A stretch of 64,000 bases of DNA from a virus (IMGVR_UViG_3300034021_001440:48419-112418), one strand, 5' to 3'. Shown: positions 46,633 to 56,964, numbered from the stretch's first letter. A program made the numbers and translations. Notes: a model not told the origin generated them from the letters alone.

Positions 46633-48129
46633 ATGGCAGCTTTCTTTGAAGGAGGTCCGATTCCTCTTCTTGGCGTCACACCTCAGGTCTTGTCAAATGT
46701 TGTTGGTCAAGGGCTGACTCAAATTGCTGCGGATCAAGTCAGCACTCTGGTTGGAGAGGTTTTTCAAGGTTCGGGTCAGTCTTTTCTGGCTGGACCCGGT
46801 CAGACGCTCCTCAGCAATGCCGCAAACAATATTCTCAACATCGGATTGAGTTCTGCTCTAGGTCAAGAGATCAGTGGTGTCTCTGGCCTCGATCTGACCA
46901 ACGGCCAACAGTTTTTGGCAAGTGTAATCACTCCGGACATTACTTCTACAATATCAGCTAACATTAATGACTCAATCGCTACAGCGTTAGAGAGTGCAGG
47001 GCCCTTTGGACCGGTGCTTTCAAGCGTACTGTCAAACGTCGGAGATGAAGTCGGCGGTGCAATAAATGGTTTTTTTGGCATAGGTGGTGGTGGTGGTGAC
47101 GGTGGTGAAGCAGCCGGTGAGGCACCGGGAACCAATCGACGTTTTCCGGGAGCCACCTCAGACGATCCTCCGGCAAATTATGGAGGAAACGCATACACAC
47201 TTGGCCCCTCAGGCGGCGACGTCACCTTCTCGTTGCAACCTGCCAATCAAGGACCTCAGCTGCAAGGGTTGGGCGAACTATCCAACCCCAAAACTCAAAC
47301 AGCGTTCAGCAATCTTAGTTACACTGGGACTCCGCCAAGCTTCGCCGGAGTGACATATGACGCAGAGAATCTGGCCAAGATCAGCAGCATGGGATCTCTA
47401 ACGTCAAGCAACAGTGTGGATCTCAGCTCATACTGGACAAACCCAACCACTGACGGCAGTTTCTCCAAAGAGACCTTCAGTGCTCAGCAAGCCCAAGGTT
47501 GGTCATTCATTTGCGCTCCTGAAGACATTAGCTGGGACCTGGCCAATGCGTCCAGCCGCGTCGATATCTTCGGAACCAACAACCCTCCGATTGTGGCGGG
47601 GACCAAGGGAATGAGAGATCTTTCGATCGGAAATGCTCTGGTGGAGGGCTTCACCAGGGGAGTGCAAATTGAAGACAAGGTTCGAGCACTCGAAGAGTTG
47701 TTGAAATACAACGCCAACACCTCCGACGGTTTCGTCAGCGTGCCCGTGTATGAGTTTCGAGCAAATGACAAGGCCTATGGATCTTCCTCGACTGAGCAAG
47801 GATACTTCATTATCAAGGACATCAAAGTAAAAGAAGACATGCGCGATTTGTCGGGTAATGCTACTCGCGCCCATGTTGACATTTCCTTGACACAGGTCCC
47901 TGCTTATCAGGTCAATAGTGGTCGAGACCAAGCAAGCAAGGTGACTACGGGAGCGAAGTCTGCTTTCATTACCTTGAACAAAAATGCAGTCAATGCCCAA
48001 GCAAACGGCAAAGGAGAAAGAAGCGGTCCGGCTGTTCCTAAAAACCAGAAGGCTGCTACCGGTAATCCTGGTCGCGGTGCTGGTGGTGGCTTAGACGCCC
48101 AAGCCATACCTAGTTTGACGAGACCATAG
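46633..48129 (+). CDS. putative tail tube initiator/baseplate protein (gpU / CIS tube-like C-terminal domain)
   Basis: WSFICAPEDISW...YFIIKDIKVKEDMRDLSGNATRAHVDISLTQ; adjacent to the tape measure gene; GGAGGT RBS. Confidence 0.5.
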   Translation: MAAFFEGGPIPLLGVTPQVLSNVVGQGLTQIAADQVSTLVGEVFQGSGQSFLAGPGQTLLSNAANNILNIGLSSALGQEISGVSGLDLTNGQQFLASVITPDITSTISANINDSIATALESAGPFGPVLSSVLSNVGDEVGGAINGFFGIGGGGGDGGEAAGEAPGTNRRFPGATSDDPPANYGGNAYTLGPSGGDVTFSLQPANQGPQLQGLGELSNPKTQTAFSNLSYTGTPPSFAGVTYDAENLAKISSMGSLTSSNSVDLSSYWTNPTTDGSFSKETFSAQQAQGWSFICAPEDISWDLANASSRVDIFGTNNPPIVAGTKGMRDLSIGNALVEGFTRGVQIEDKVRALEELLKYNANTSDGFVSVPVYEFRANDKAYGSSSTEQGYFIIKDIKVKEDMRDLSGNATRAHVDISLTQVPAYQVNSGRDQASKVTTGAKSAFITLNKNAVNAQANGKGERSGPAVPKNQKAATGNPGRGAGGGLDAQAIPSLTRP

Positions 48130-48132
48130 GGC

Positions 48133-48140
48133 GGGTAAAA
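48133..48140 (+). promoter_or_regulatory. GGGTAAAA putative late promoter
   Basis: 35 nt before ATG 48168. Confidence 0.65.
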
Positions 48141-48167
48141 CCTGAATAGAAGAGAACAGACATCCGG

Positions 48168-51100
48168 ATGGCTGACCCTAGAACTTTTACACTGATTGGC
48201 GAGTTCCAGGACGGGATTACTCCGGCTCTTGAAGGCATAAATAGTACGCTGAATCGGTTACAGTCCAACATGCGAATGATGTCCTCTCGACAGGGGGGCC
48301 TCAAAGACGTAACACTGTCAATTGGAAAATTAATATCTGCACATAGACATCTCAAAAATTCTGTCAAAGAGTTGAGAGAAGAGATGGAAGAGTCTCTCTC
48401 AACGTTGAGAATGTACAGAAATGAGATGGGCAAAGCCAATCGTGCCCATCACGCGATTGCTCGCACGGGATCTCGTGCGGCACAAAGCGAAGCAAAACAC
48501 TGGCAGTCAACTCGCAAAGACTTAGACGGGTACGTGTCCGGACTAAGGGAGCTTGGACGCGGGACTCGTCAAATTCGAGTTGCTAGCGGCATGGGCCGCA
48601 TGAGTGGAGTAATAGGTGAAAGTCGCCGTGGCCCTGGCCGTCCTCCTGGAGGAGGTCCTCCTCGAGGTCCTGGACCCGGTCCCGTCATGGGGGGAGGAGA
48701 AAACTTTCACATGGGTGCCTTTGCCTTTGGGATGACGTTAGGACAAGGTATCTCTCAACCGGTTACCACAGCCATCATGACCGGTTTTCAACTGGGGGTT
48801 GGCTTAATGGTAAAGCCTTTTCAGTACTTTGCGGAGAATCTTCAAGAAAGAATTCAAGACGAGATGTCCGACCTGAAGGCAGCGGGGGGTTTCTTCTCCT
48901 TGTCTCGGGATCAGAAGCCGGAAGATAGGCTGGTAAAAAACTTTGACGAAGCAGTTGAATTCACAAAGTCAAACAATCGTTTGTTAGACAGATTTGCGGC
49001 GTCCCTGCCCGGATCGACACAAGACTATATTGAGGTTTCAAAGCGAATTAGCGACAGCATCGCTAGAACTGTGGTACGAGATCGGGCCGGAACCTTCAAA
49101 CTAGCTCAGCAAATCTACGAGTCAGACAGCACATTCCAGAAAGCTGGACTAAAGGGTCCGATGACCCAGCAAAAAGCTGTTCAAATTCTCTTGGCTGACT
49201 TGACGAAGTCAACTGTGCTGGCGGGACAGGGCGGACGGGCCGGAACAGGCGGTCCAATGGGGGCCTATGGGTTGCCTCAACTGACGGAGAGGATGCTTGG
49301 AGAAGATCAGGTATCAATGGGCAAGTTCCAAAGGTACTCTGCTATCTTCAGTGACCCGATGATTATGGATGCCCTGGCAAGGGAAATTCCAAAAATCAAC
49401 GCTACAGCTGCAAACTCTGCTGATCGTATTGAAGCGATTCGCAAGATGTATGAGCGCGTTTTGCCAAAAGAATTGGTGGAACGTTATCGCCGTACTATGG
49501 CCGGACTGATTGAAACATTCAATACGGCCATTTTTGGAAAGGAGTCCGGCATCTTTGGTCTGGGTAGGCCCCTCAAAGGAATTTCCAAAAAGATGAACGA
49601 GTTCGGGCAGTACGTGTCGCGAACCGGGAAGGCAGTCTCTGACGCCTCGTTGGCAATGGAAGTTGATCTGCCTTTGTACGATATTTTCAAAGACGCCGTT
49701 ACCAACCTTGGTCAAGTACTTGCCCCGATTGTCGAAAATCTAAGCATCCTCTATGACCCATTCCAGTCAATAGCTGAGGTGCTTGAGAAAGCACGTAGAG
49801 TTACTGGGGAAGTGTTACGCACGTTCAACTACTATTTGAAAGGTTTTGAAGAGTTTGCCAAAAACACCTTCTCGCCTTTACAGATGGTTCAGTTCAATGA
49901 AACTGGCGGAGCAAGACTTCGAGCGACTGTTCTGGCAATCGGAAACTTGTTCCGAGCATTAGGGGTTCTGTCTAACACTGACTTCAAAGGTCTAGTTACA
50001 CAACTGAAAGATCCAAAAGCAAATGTAGGAAATATTATAACCGACCAGATTACAAAGTTCTTTGACTCCGAAGCAGCTACAAAGTTGGGTGAGTTTGTTG
50101 GAAAACTCCTGGGAACTGTGCTAACCGAAGTTGCAAAGGTAACCGGCTTCATTTCCAAGAGAATCGGTCCCGGTAGATTGGGGGCAGGCATCGCTACCGG
50201 GTTCAACGCAGCAGGTGGACCTCTTGCCTTCAAAAACATTTTCAAAGACGTGTTCGAACTTTTGTTCAAGGCGATTGGCGCATTTTTGAAAGTCCTCCCG
50301 ACGCAGGCATACCTGCTGGCTGGGGCTGCGATCCTCATTCCAGCGGCAATTGCTGGCCTGGCCATGAGTTTTTCTCAGTTTATATCTAAGATGATACGCG
50401 GGGTGGCAACGCGGTGTTTTAGCGGTAGAGCCGCTGCTGCAGCTGCGCAACAGGCTTCTTGTGGGGCCATGGGAGCAGGGTTTGGGGGAGCAGGTGGTGC
50501 TGGCCGCCGCCGAGGTCGTGGTGGCAATATGTTCATCACGGAGAGGGGACAACGTATAGCTAGAAGAAAAAGTCAAACGCCATACGCCGGCCCAATTGGC
50601 CCCGTACCCGGACACACTTTTTATAGAGGGAAAAGAACAGCCTACATGCAACCTGGTTTGACGGCTACGGGAGGGGCCCAAAGGATGGGACTTCAGGCGA
50701 GAAATCTTCTTGGTCTCGCTCAGGGAAGAAGTCTTATTCGACAACGTGGACGGGTTGGTGACTTGGCGCGAACCGGTGCAAGAGCAGGACGGTTCGTTCC
50801 TGGCGGTGCTTTGGCTTTCGGAGCTATTGATGCAGGTCTAAGGATGGCGAGTGGCCAAGACGCAGGACGAGCAATCGGCGGTGCGGCTGCTTCCACAATT
50901 GGGGCCACTCTCGGGGGCATACTGGGACAAGCTCTCATTCCTGTTCCTGGGTTGGGCGCTGCTTTAGGAACTATAGCGGGTGGATTCCTGGGAGACAAAG
51001 TCTTCTCCACGTTAATGCCTGCTTCCACCGCACAAGAGCAAGCCGCCAAATTGCAAATGGAAGCGGCAAATGCCCAGTTGCGTGCAGCCGAGCAAGGTCA

Positions 51101-52007
51101 ACTGGCGGCTGCCTACGGTCTTGACTTAGGCTATAGTTACGGTGAAATTGCAGAAATCACCAAACGATTCCAGTATATGGGGTACGGGCAAAACCCACAG
51201 GTCCAGGCCTTAATCAAAGAGTACGCACAAAGAAATGTTGCTCAAGAAAAACTCAAACAAGCCGACGCTGCAATTGCTGCAAAAATCGCGGAGCTCAACC
51301 GTTACAACATTACGGATCCTGCAGAACGAGCTAAAGAGTTAGCTCCCCTTGAGGCAAACGCAAGGCGGCTAGCAACCGTCCTCGCCAAAGAACAAGCGGA
51401 CTTGGACGCTGCCTTCAAGAAGTTGCCCGAAAAAATTGAGCTCGCGTTGAGAAAAAATGCCGAAAAAGTCTCGTTTCAAAAAGTCGTAGACGTTTTAGCC
51501 GAACAAGCTCGCCGAGCCGGTGAGATCATGGCATACAATGCTCGAATAGGGGCAGCCATGGGCGGTGGTAGAGGTGGTAACAATGCTCCCGTGTCAGACC
51601 AAGAAGCGGCATCGACAAAGTCTTACGGAAAATACTATAGCGGTAATAACAGCTGGAGGGGAAGTCTATCCAAGGCCCTTTCTTCAGAAGCGAAGCATAA
51701 ACCACCAGGGTCAGACATCGTCATTGCCAACTCCTCAGAAACAGTCATCCCCGCCGCAGGTGGATACGGTATGAAGGAGTTCATACGAACAATGCGCACG
51801 GGGTTTGCAAACTTGGGTGCATATGATGTGTCTGTCGCATCCTTGAGAGCATCAAATCGTCCCTCAAGCAGCACTCCAGTCACACTCAATAACAGCATCA
51901 CCATCACTCAACAACCCGGCCAAGACAGTGAAGAATTGGCTGCGGTCGTGCTACAGTATCTTGGCAACTGGGTGTCCGACGCCCGAGCTGCTAGCATCTT
52001 CGTATAA
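48168..52007 (+). CDS. tail tape measure protein
   Basis: 1279 aa, helical and Ala/Gly-rich, GATLGGILGQALIPVPGLGAALG glycine zipper, typical C-terminal NNSITITQ. Confidence 0.75.
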   Translation: MADPRTFTLIGEFQDGITPALEGINSTLNRLQSNMRMMSSRQGGLKDVTLSIGKLISAHRHLKNSVKELREEMEESLSTLRMYRNEMGKANRAHHAIARTGSRAAQSEAKHWQSTRKDLDGYVSGLRELGRGTRQIRVASGMGRMSGVIGESRRGPGRPPGGGPPRGPGPGPVMGGGENFHMGAFAFGMTLGQGISQPVTTAIMTGFQLGVGLMVKPFQYFAENLQERIQDEMSDLKAAGGFFSLSRDQKPEDRLVKNFDEAVEFTKSNNRLLDRFAASLPGSTQDYIEVSKRISDSIARTVVRDRAGTFKLAQQIYESDSTFQKAGLKGPMTQQKAVQILLADLTKSTVLAGQGGRAGTGGPMGAYGLPQLTERMLGEDQVSMGKFQRYSAIFSDPMIMDALAREIPKINATAANSADRIEAIRKMYERVLPKELVERYRRTMAGLIETFNTAIFGKESGIFGLGRPLKGISKKMNEFGQYVSRTGKAVSDASLAMEVDLPLYDIFKDAVTNLGQVLAPIVENLSILYDPFQSIAEVLEKARRVTGEVLRTFNYYLKGFEEFAKNTFSPLQMVQFNETGGARLRATVLAIGNLFRALGVLSNTDFKGLVTQLKDPKANVGNIITDQITKFFDSEAATKLGEFVGKLLGTVLTEVAKVTGFISKRIGPGRLGAGIATGFNAAGGPLAFKNIFKDVFELLFKAIGAFLKVLPTQAYLLAGAAILIPAAIAGLAMSFSQFISKMIRGVATRCFSGRAAAAAAQQASCGAMGAGFGGAGGAGRRRGRGGNMFITERGQRIARRKSQTPYAGPIGPVPGHTFYRGKRTAYMQPGLTATGGAQRMGLQARNLLGLAQGRSLIRQRGRVGDLARTGARAGRFVPGGALAFGAIDAGLRMASGQDAGRAIGGAAASTIGATLGGILGQALIPVPGLGAALGTIAGGFLGDKVFSTLMPASTAQEQAAKLQMEAANAQLRAAEQGQLAAAYGLDLGYSYGEIAEITKRFQYMGYGQNPQVQALIKEYAQRNVAQEKLKQADAAIAAKIAELNRYNITDPAERAKELAPLEANARRLATVLAKEQADLDAAFKKLPEKIELALRKNAEKVSFQKVVDVLAEQARRAGEIMAYNARIGAAMGGGRGGNNAPVSDQEAASTKSYGKYYSGNNSWRGSLSKALSSEAKHKPPGSDIVIANSSETVIPAAGGYGMKEFIRTMRTGFANLGAYDVSVASLRASNRPSSSTPVTLNNSITITQQPGQDSEELAAVVLQYLGNWVSDARAASIFV

Positions 52008-52010
52008 ACC

Positions 52011-53432
52011 ATGGCAAATCTCATTCAAGCGCGAGTCCGCGTTGCTTGGGGCAAAATCAATCTTACAAGCTACGATGGAGATCTCGACTTTCCACAAGGT
52101 GCCCCCCTCGTCTACGATGTGGAAGTCAGCCTGCAGGCAGAGACGGAAGGCCCCACTGCGACAATGAAGTGGGATCCAACCGGAAAAGGTATGGCAGTGT
52201 ATGAGAGTTTTCTCAATAACCCTGACCTAATGGCAACGCAAATTGTCATTGAATACTTTTATCCTGATGGCAAACGGTTGCCTCTATTTTTTGTGTGGAC
52301 TGGTCAGCAGATTATGTACGGAAATGACATGACAGTCACCGTAAAGATGCAGTCTGAGCTAGCAGGTTTAATCAACGCTAACTTGCGCAACATTGCGAAA
52401 GCAGACACCTCCCCCAAAGGCGTTAGTGCCATTCAGTTATTGGAAAACTCCCAAAAACAGTTTGGCTTGGAGAGTATACAAGGACTCATACGATTCAATG
52501 AGTCTGCCGAAGCCGACATGGCCAGAGCTAAAATATCTACAAACTACTCCATTGACACCACACTTGGTGCACAAATTTCTCAGATTGCTCAACAAACTGG
52601 AAACATGGCATACGCCAATAGCATCGGGTCAGCGAACATTGTTATATTTCCTCCGTTTAGTTATGACAAAAAAGTCACGGTACTAAACGGTGTCACTGAC
52701 ATTCCAAAGAAAGGTGTCCCAGACCCCACAAAGCGTTATGGCTACCTTTTAGGACCAGGTCTCATAACCTCTCTAACTCGTAGCACGGAGTGGAAACCAC
52801 CACAACAAACTAATCAAAATACACCAAGCTCTCAAAAGAAAGCACAACCTTCCCGTGATCAGTATGGCCGCTATACTAGAAGAGCCCCATCCCAACCTCA
52901 AAACGCAACCGCTCGTACTCTGACTCCAACAGGTGCTCCCGTCGGTGTGGCAAATGGTCGTTCTACCCCAGGCATTGGTAATAAGGACAATCCAGATCAA
53001 GTGCCAAAACAAAACGCCTTGAATGAGGAAAAATCGGCAACTCTATCGATGACTACCTTCTTAGTTCCAGCACTAATGGGAATTAAACCCCACGACATCT
53101 TGTACATTCCCTCCTTCAAGGGTGACTATGTCGAGGACTGGATTGTTCAGAGTGTGGACTACAATCAAAGCGACGGTAAAGTTGAAATTGGAATTCAAGC
53201 GAGTCGAGTGTATGGTTCAGGTGCTGCGATGAATGAGAAAGAAGCAGCAAAGTTTCTCAAGTTTGCGAAGACCAACGGTCTTGTTGGAGCAAACTGGTCA
53301 CTGGAAGCATGGGATCGCTATGCCTGGATGTCAGAGAGCCCCATCGCTTCCCCAACGTCCGCACCAACTGCGGCAGAAAGAGCGTTCTTCAACCCGACGT
53401 TGCCCCAGGCCAGCCCAAACTTGGCCTTCTAA
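52011..53432 (+). CDS. putative baseplate hub protein (gpD/gp27-like)
   Basis: Follows the tape measure gene; C-terminal ATLS...GIKPHDILYI...DWIVQSVDY pattern. Confidence 0.5.
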   Translation: MANLIQARVRVAWGKINLTSYDGDLDFPQGAPLVYDVEVSLQAETEGPTATMKWDPTGKGMAVYESFLNNPDLMATQIVIEYFYPDGKRLPLFFVWTGQQIMYGNDMTVTVKMQSELAGLINANLRNIAKADTSPKGVSAIQLLENSQKQFGLESIQGLIRFNESAEADMARAKISTNYSIDTTLGAQISQIAQQTGNMAYANSIGSANIVIFPPFSYDKKVTVLNGVTDIPKKGVPDPTKRYGYLLGPGLITSLTRSTEWKPPQQTNQNTPSSQKKAQPSRDQYGRYTRRAPSQPQNATARTLTPTGAPVGVANGRSTPGIGNKDNPDQVPKQNALNEEKSATLSMTTFLVPALMGIKPHDILYIPSFKGDYVEDWIVQSVDYNQSDGKVEIGIQASRVYGSGAAMNEKEAAKFLKFAKTNGLVGANWSLEAWDRYAWMSESPIASPTSAPTAAERAFFNPTLPQASPNLAF

Positions 53433-53435
53433 GCA

Positions 53436-53463
53436 GTTTACTCTAGTTCGAACCGGGTATAAT
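53436..53463 (+). promoter_or_regulatory. early-type promoter GTTTAC-N16-TATAAT
   Basis: Recurring pattern with a perfect -10. Confidence 0.7.
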
Positions 53464-53530
53464 ACTTGTGTCAGGCGCCCTGGAATAGGCCAGGGAGTCG
53501 CGCTTGACTTTCCCAAAGTTCTAACTTATC

Positions 53531-54505
53531 ATGGCTGTATCAACTTACAAGATTTCACCTGCTCTCGATGATCGTAATCGTGCCAGGTTGGAGTCAAAAA
53601 CCTACACTCGCGCTTACACTGACATTCCCAACCGTGCCCTCCCTGAGACTTATCAGAAGGGTCTTGGCGCTATCTTCACCGCTCTGACGGGCGAAGACTT
53701 CGAAGGTGAGGGTTCGACCTTTACCGTCCGCGCTGATGCCAACGGTATCTTCAAGCGTCTCTATTCCCCGACTGTGTTCTCCACTGAGGAGAAAGGTCTG
53801 GTGATTCGCTGGGGTGATCGCGATATCCCCCTGCAAATGAGCCCTGGCAAAATCACTGTTGCCGGTGCTGGAAAGGGAACCAAATTTGCTTTCAAAGAGG
53901 AAACCATCGGTAAATACACCGAGCCTGTGCTGTCCGTGTCGGTAACGGCTGACGGCACCCTCTACACCCTGCCTATTCCGATTCGGTCGGCAGACTACGA
54001 AGACAAGGTGTCGGCTGACCTCCTTGATCTTCTTCTGGACGAGAACCCCGAAGCTATTGCCGAAAAAGTGCAAGTCGCTTCCGATCTCTCCAAGCGTGGT
54101 GAAAGTGCCAACACTGGTGAGCGTCTGCAAGGACCCTTCGTCAAGGTTGCCCATCTGCCGATTGGTGACTACACTGTGACCACCTATCGTGTCAAGGAAG
54201 GGGGCCAATACGGCACCGACTACTTCCTGCAAGTCAAGGTGACCGAGGCTTTCACTGCTCCCGTTCGTCAACAAGTAGATGGCGAATGGCTGGACGTTGA
54301 GACTGAAGTTTCTGACTGGGCTATCGTCAAGCCCAACAACGCGCTCAAAAAGACCCTGGCTGCCGAGCCGGTGATTGATCGCGATAACCCCGCTACACTT
54401 CGTGTCATCGAACACGGGGAGTACAACGGGTTCCCAACTGCGAAGGTCGCACTGAAGTGCACCGCCTTCGCTGAAGATCCGGAGTCATTCGCACTGGATT
54501 TCTAA
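53531..54505 (+). CDS. replication-associated protein, possibly ssDNA-binding
   Basis: Beta-rich, acidic/aromatic C-terminus EDPESFALDF, own promoter and terminator, next to the helicase; function is inference. Confidence 0.45.
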   Translation: MAVSTYKISPALDDRNRARLESKTYTRAYTDIPNRALPETYQKGLGAIFTALTGEDFEGEGSTFTVRADANGIFKRLYSPTVFSTEEKGLVIRWGDRDIPLQMSPGKITVAGAGKGTKFAFKEETIGKYTEPVLSVSVTADGTLYTLPIPIRSADYEDKVSADLLDLLLDENPEAIAEKVQVASDLSKRGESANTGERLQGPFVKVAHLPIGDYTVTTYRVKEGGQYGTDYFLQVKVTEAFTAPVRQQVDGEWLDVETEVSDWAIVKPNNALKKTLAAEPVIDRDNPATLRVIEHGEYNGFPTAKVALKCTAFAEDPESFALDF

Positions 54506-54528
54506 TTCGTCTGTTACACACTTTCGTC

Positions 54529-54559
54529 GGGGGCTGGGCTTTACGCTCGGCCCCTTTTT
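54529..54559 (+). terminator. intrinsic terminator overlapping the next promoter
   Basis: GGGGGCTGGGC-TTTAC-GCTCGGCCCC-TTTTT. Confidence 0.75.
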
Positions 54560-54567
54560 GCTATAAT
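54539..54567 (+). promoter_or_regulatory. early-type promoter CTTTAC-N17-TATAAT
   Basis: Recurring pattern. Confidence 0.6.
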
Positions 54568-54595
54568 TCAACGGAAACCACTGCCTAAACCACCT

Positions 54596-56581
54596 ATGCC
54601 CGATCCTTTTTCCGGTAGCACTGGAACCACCAAGCAAGAGGTGGATATCCTTGGAAAAGTCAACGATCGAAAGAAAGCACGCACGTTCAAATCGTCAAAG
54701 AAAGAAAAAGAAGACTCCAAAACTCCGGTTCTCGTTACAGAACTCTACAAAGCTGGTGTAGCCCTTCTCGAACAACGGGGGTTCACAATCGAGCTGGACG
54801 AGACTGGGGACCACGTCAATCATCGCATTCTCCGTCCTGCGGAGCCGCCAATGGTGAAGGGGATTCGTTATCCTCACACCTTCAATCCTCTACAAGATAT
54901 ATCCTCTGACCTCGACTTTGAAATGATCGAGGCAGCTTTTCACCCAGACATTTGTGAAGAAAAAGTCCGAGAGTTCTGGACTCCGCTGTTTCGACCCAAA
55001 GCTGGCGACAGTGATCTTCAAAGTTTCACGGAACGTCTTCTCAAGATGAAGAAGATCAACCAAAGTAAAACAATTCACCAAACACTAAACTATGGACACA
55101 CGTTTGATCCGGCTGGCCGCTGGGGTGGCGAGGTTGTGCTTAACCCTCGCATCTGGGTTCCTGACCGGGATTGGTTTGACCCTGCGCTTCGTGAGGTTGA
55201 GTTTAGCGATGTTTTCACCATCTTCCCTGAAGCCGAGCAAGAAATGCTCCGACTCATTCTCGGAAGAGTTGGGGTTGGCAGAAGCAACCACTTACCCCCA
55301 GGCAGAACAGAACCAGTCGATCACACTGCTCGAATGGCCGGTGTCATCGTGGGGAAAGACGCTGGTCTCGGAAAGTCAACTCTGTTCAACGGACTCACCG
55401 CAGCTTTGCAACGATGCGGGTTTATCACCCACACCTTCAAGTCTACGGAGGATCGTTTCGGACTTAAAGCAGCAGCCCTCAGCGACATCGCCTACAAAGA
55501 CGACACGAGCCTCGCGAGCCTCAAAAAGTTCCTCGCAGCCGAGGAAACCAAAATCCTCATCACCAATGGACTTTTCCAAGTAGAGGAGAAGTTTCAAAAT
55601 GCCGAACAGATTTGGCCGAAAACCGTTATCCTGGTAAACTCCAATGACTGGAACAGCAAATTCGCCTACGACCTTGACCCCGGAATCATCGACCGAATCA
55701 AAATCATCTCAACCTACCGGGAATATGAGGTTGCGAAGAACCGAGACTGTCTGGAGGGAAGCGTGTCGGAGGGTTCTCCTGATCTTCGTCCGAGAGCGCA
55801 CATCCCGTATCTCGCGAATAAGCTCGGGGTCAGTCAAGAGGCACTGTATCTTTGGTGTCTCCGACTCGCGACAGACCGCTTCTGGCACATCATTACGGAC
55901 ACTCGCGATCCATCAATTAACCGGCTCCAGGTCGAGGTCCGGTACTGGACTACACGCCAGCGCATTCGCTTCAAGGCTGATGTCACGCAGGCGCTTGTCA
56001 ATGGTATGGCATTCGCATGGATGTTGCGGACAGGCGACTCGGAGATCCCGGAGCTCACGCCGGAAATGCTCCAAGAGTGTTTAGATCACTTCTACTTCCT
56101 TGGCGTGGATCCTTCTGGGCTTCAGCTAATGAACAAAATGAAGCGTCAGTGGGAGATTGCGGGGAGACCGTCTACGCATTACTACCAAGGCTTTCGGGAA
56201 ATTCGCTGGGAGTCTATCAAGAAAGCTGTCACATACTTTGAACAGTTCGGTCGCAACCCTGGCAATAACACCACCAGTGAGGTCATCAAAGACATCATGG
56301 AAAAACTCGTGATGCGCGATGGTTTCAAGATCGGTGGCAGTGCCAACTATGTGATTGAAAACTGGGAGAACATGCGACACGCCAGCGAAGAGTTGAAGGA
56401 GGAGGGGAGTGCTTTGGTTGAGGGTCTGGACCAAAGAGATCTGGATCGACTGCTGGATGTCAACGTGAGGTGCTACGACAAGTGGATCGAAAACAAACAG
56501 TATTCTCCCGACCGTGCTGAGAAGTTTCGGAGCACGGCCCGTGAGAAACTCTTCAAGCTCAACGAAAAGGAAGGGGTATAA
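54596..56581 (+). CDS. superfamily 3 (D5-like) helicase / P-loop NTPase
   Basis: Walker A GKDAGLGKST, Walker B IAYKDD, motif C ILVNSN, arginine finger IIDRI. Confidence 0.7.
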   Translation: MPDPFSGSTGTTKQEVDILGKVNDRKKARTFKSSKKEKEDSKTPVLVTELYKAGVALLEQRGFTIELDETGDHVNHRILRPAEPPMVKGIRYPHTFNPLQDISSDLDFEMIEAAFHPDICEEKVREFWTPLFRPKAGDSDLQSFTERLLKMKKINQSKTIHQTLNYGHTFDPAGRWGGEVVLNPRIWVPDRDWFDPALREVEFSDVFTIFPEAEQEMLRLILGRVGVGRSNHLPPGRTEPVDHTARMAGVIVGKDAGLGKSTLFNGLTAALQRCGFITHTFKSTEDRFGLKAAALSDIAYKDDTSLASLKKFLAAEETKILITNGLFQVEEKFQNAEQIWPKTVILVNSNDWNSKFAYDLDPGIIDRIKIISTYREYEVAKNRDCLEGSVSEGSPDLRPRAHIPYLANKLGVSQEALYLWCLRLATDRFWHIITDTRDPSINRLQVEVRYWTTRQRIRFKADVTQALVNGMAFAWMLRTGDSEIPELTPEMLQECLDHFYFLGVDPSGLQLMNKMKRQWEIAGRPSTHYYQGFREIRWESIKKAVTYFEQFGRNPGNNTTSEVIKDIMEKLVMRDGFKIGGSANYVIENWENMRHASEELKEEGSALVEGLDQRDLDRLLDVNVRCYDKWIENKQYSPDRAEKFRSTAREKLFKLNEKEGV

Positions 56582-56586
56582 GTACG

Positions 56587-56964
56587 ATGCAGACTACTAT
56601 GCCCGACGAAACTGTGGACGCATTCGCATACGAGTGCCAGAAACAAACTCGATTGAAAGAGCAGCTTGAAGCTGAAGGATTCACATGCATTGATGATCCG
56701 GCAGGCATCTACGACAAGATCGGCACTGTTCAAGAGATTGAAACTTTCTGTCAACTCTATACTCCCCGCTTGCTTTGCAAGCTCTACGCCAAAGGAACCG
56801 AAGATCTGGAACACTCGTTCTATCTCGTTCCCCTCTGGCAAATCATTAAGTTCAACTACGTGATTCCAACACCGGGGGAATACTTTACATCGAAATACGT
56901 TGTGGGTATTCGCCGCGTGGGAGAAAATGCGTTTGTGCCCAGCCTTCGTCTGCCTTTGACATAA
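56587..56964 (+). CDS. hypothetical protein
   Basis: Tightly packed ORF. Confidence 0.6.
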   Translation: MQTTMPDETVDAFAYECQKQTRLKEQLEAEGFTCIDDPAGIYDKIGTVQEIETFCQLYTPRLLCKLYAKGTEDLEHSFYLVPLWQIIKFNYVIPTPGEYFTSKYVVGIRRVGENAFVPSLRLPLT

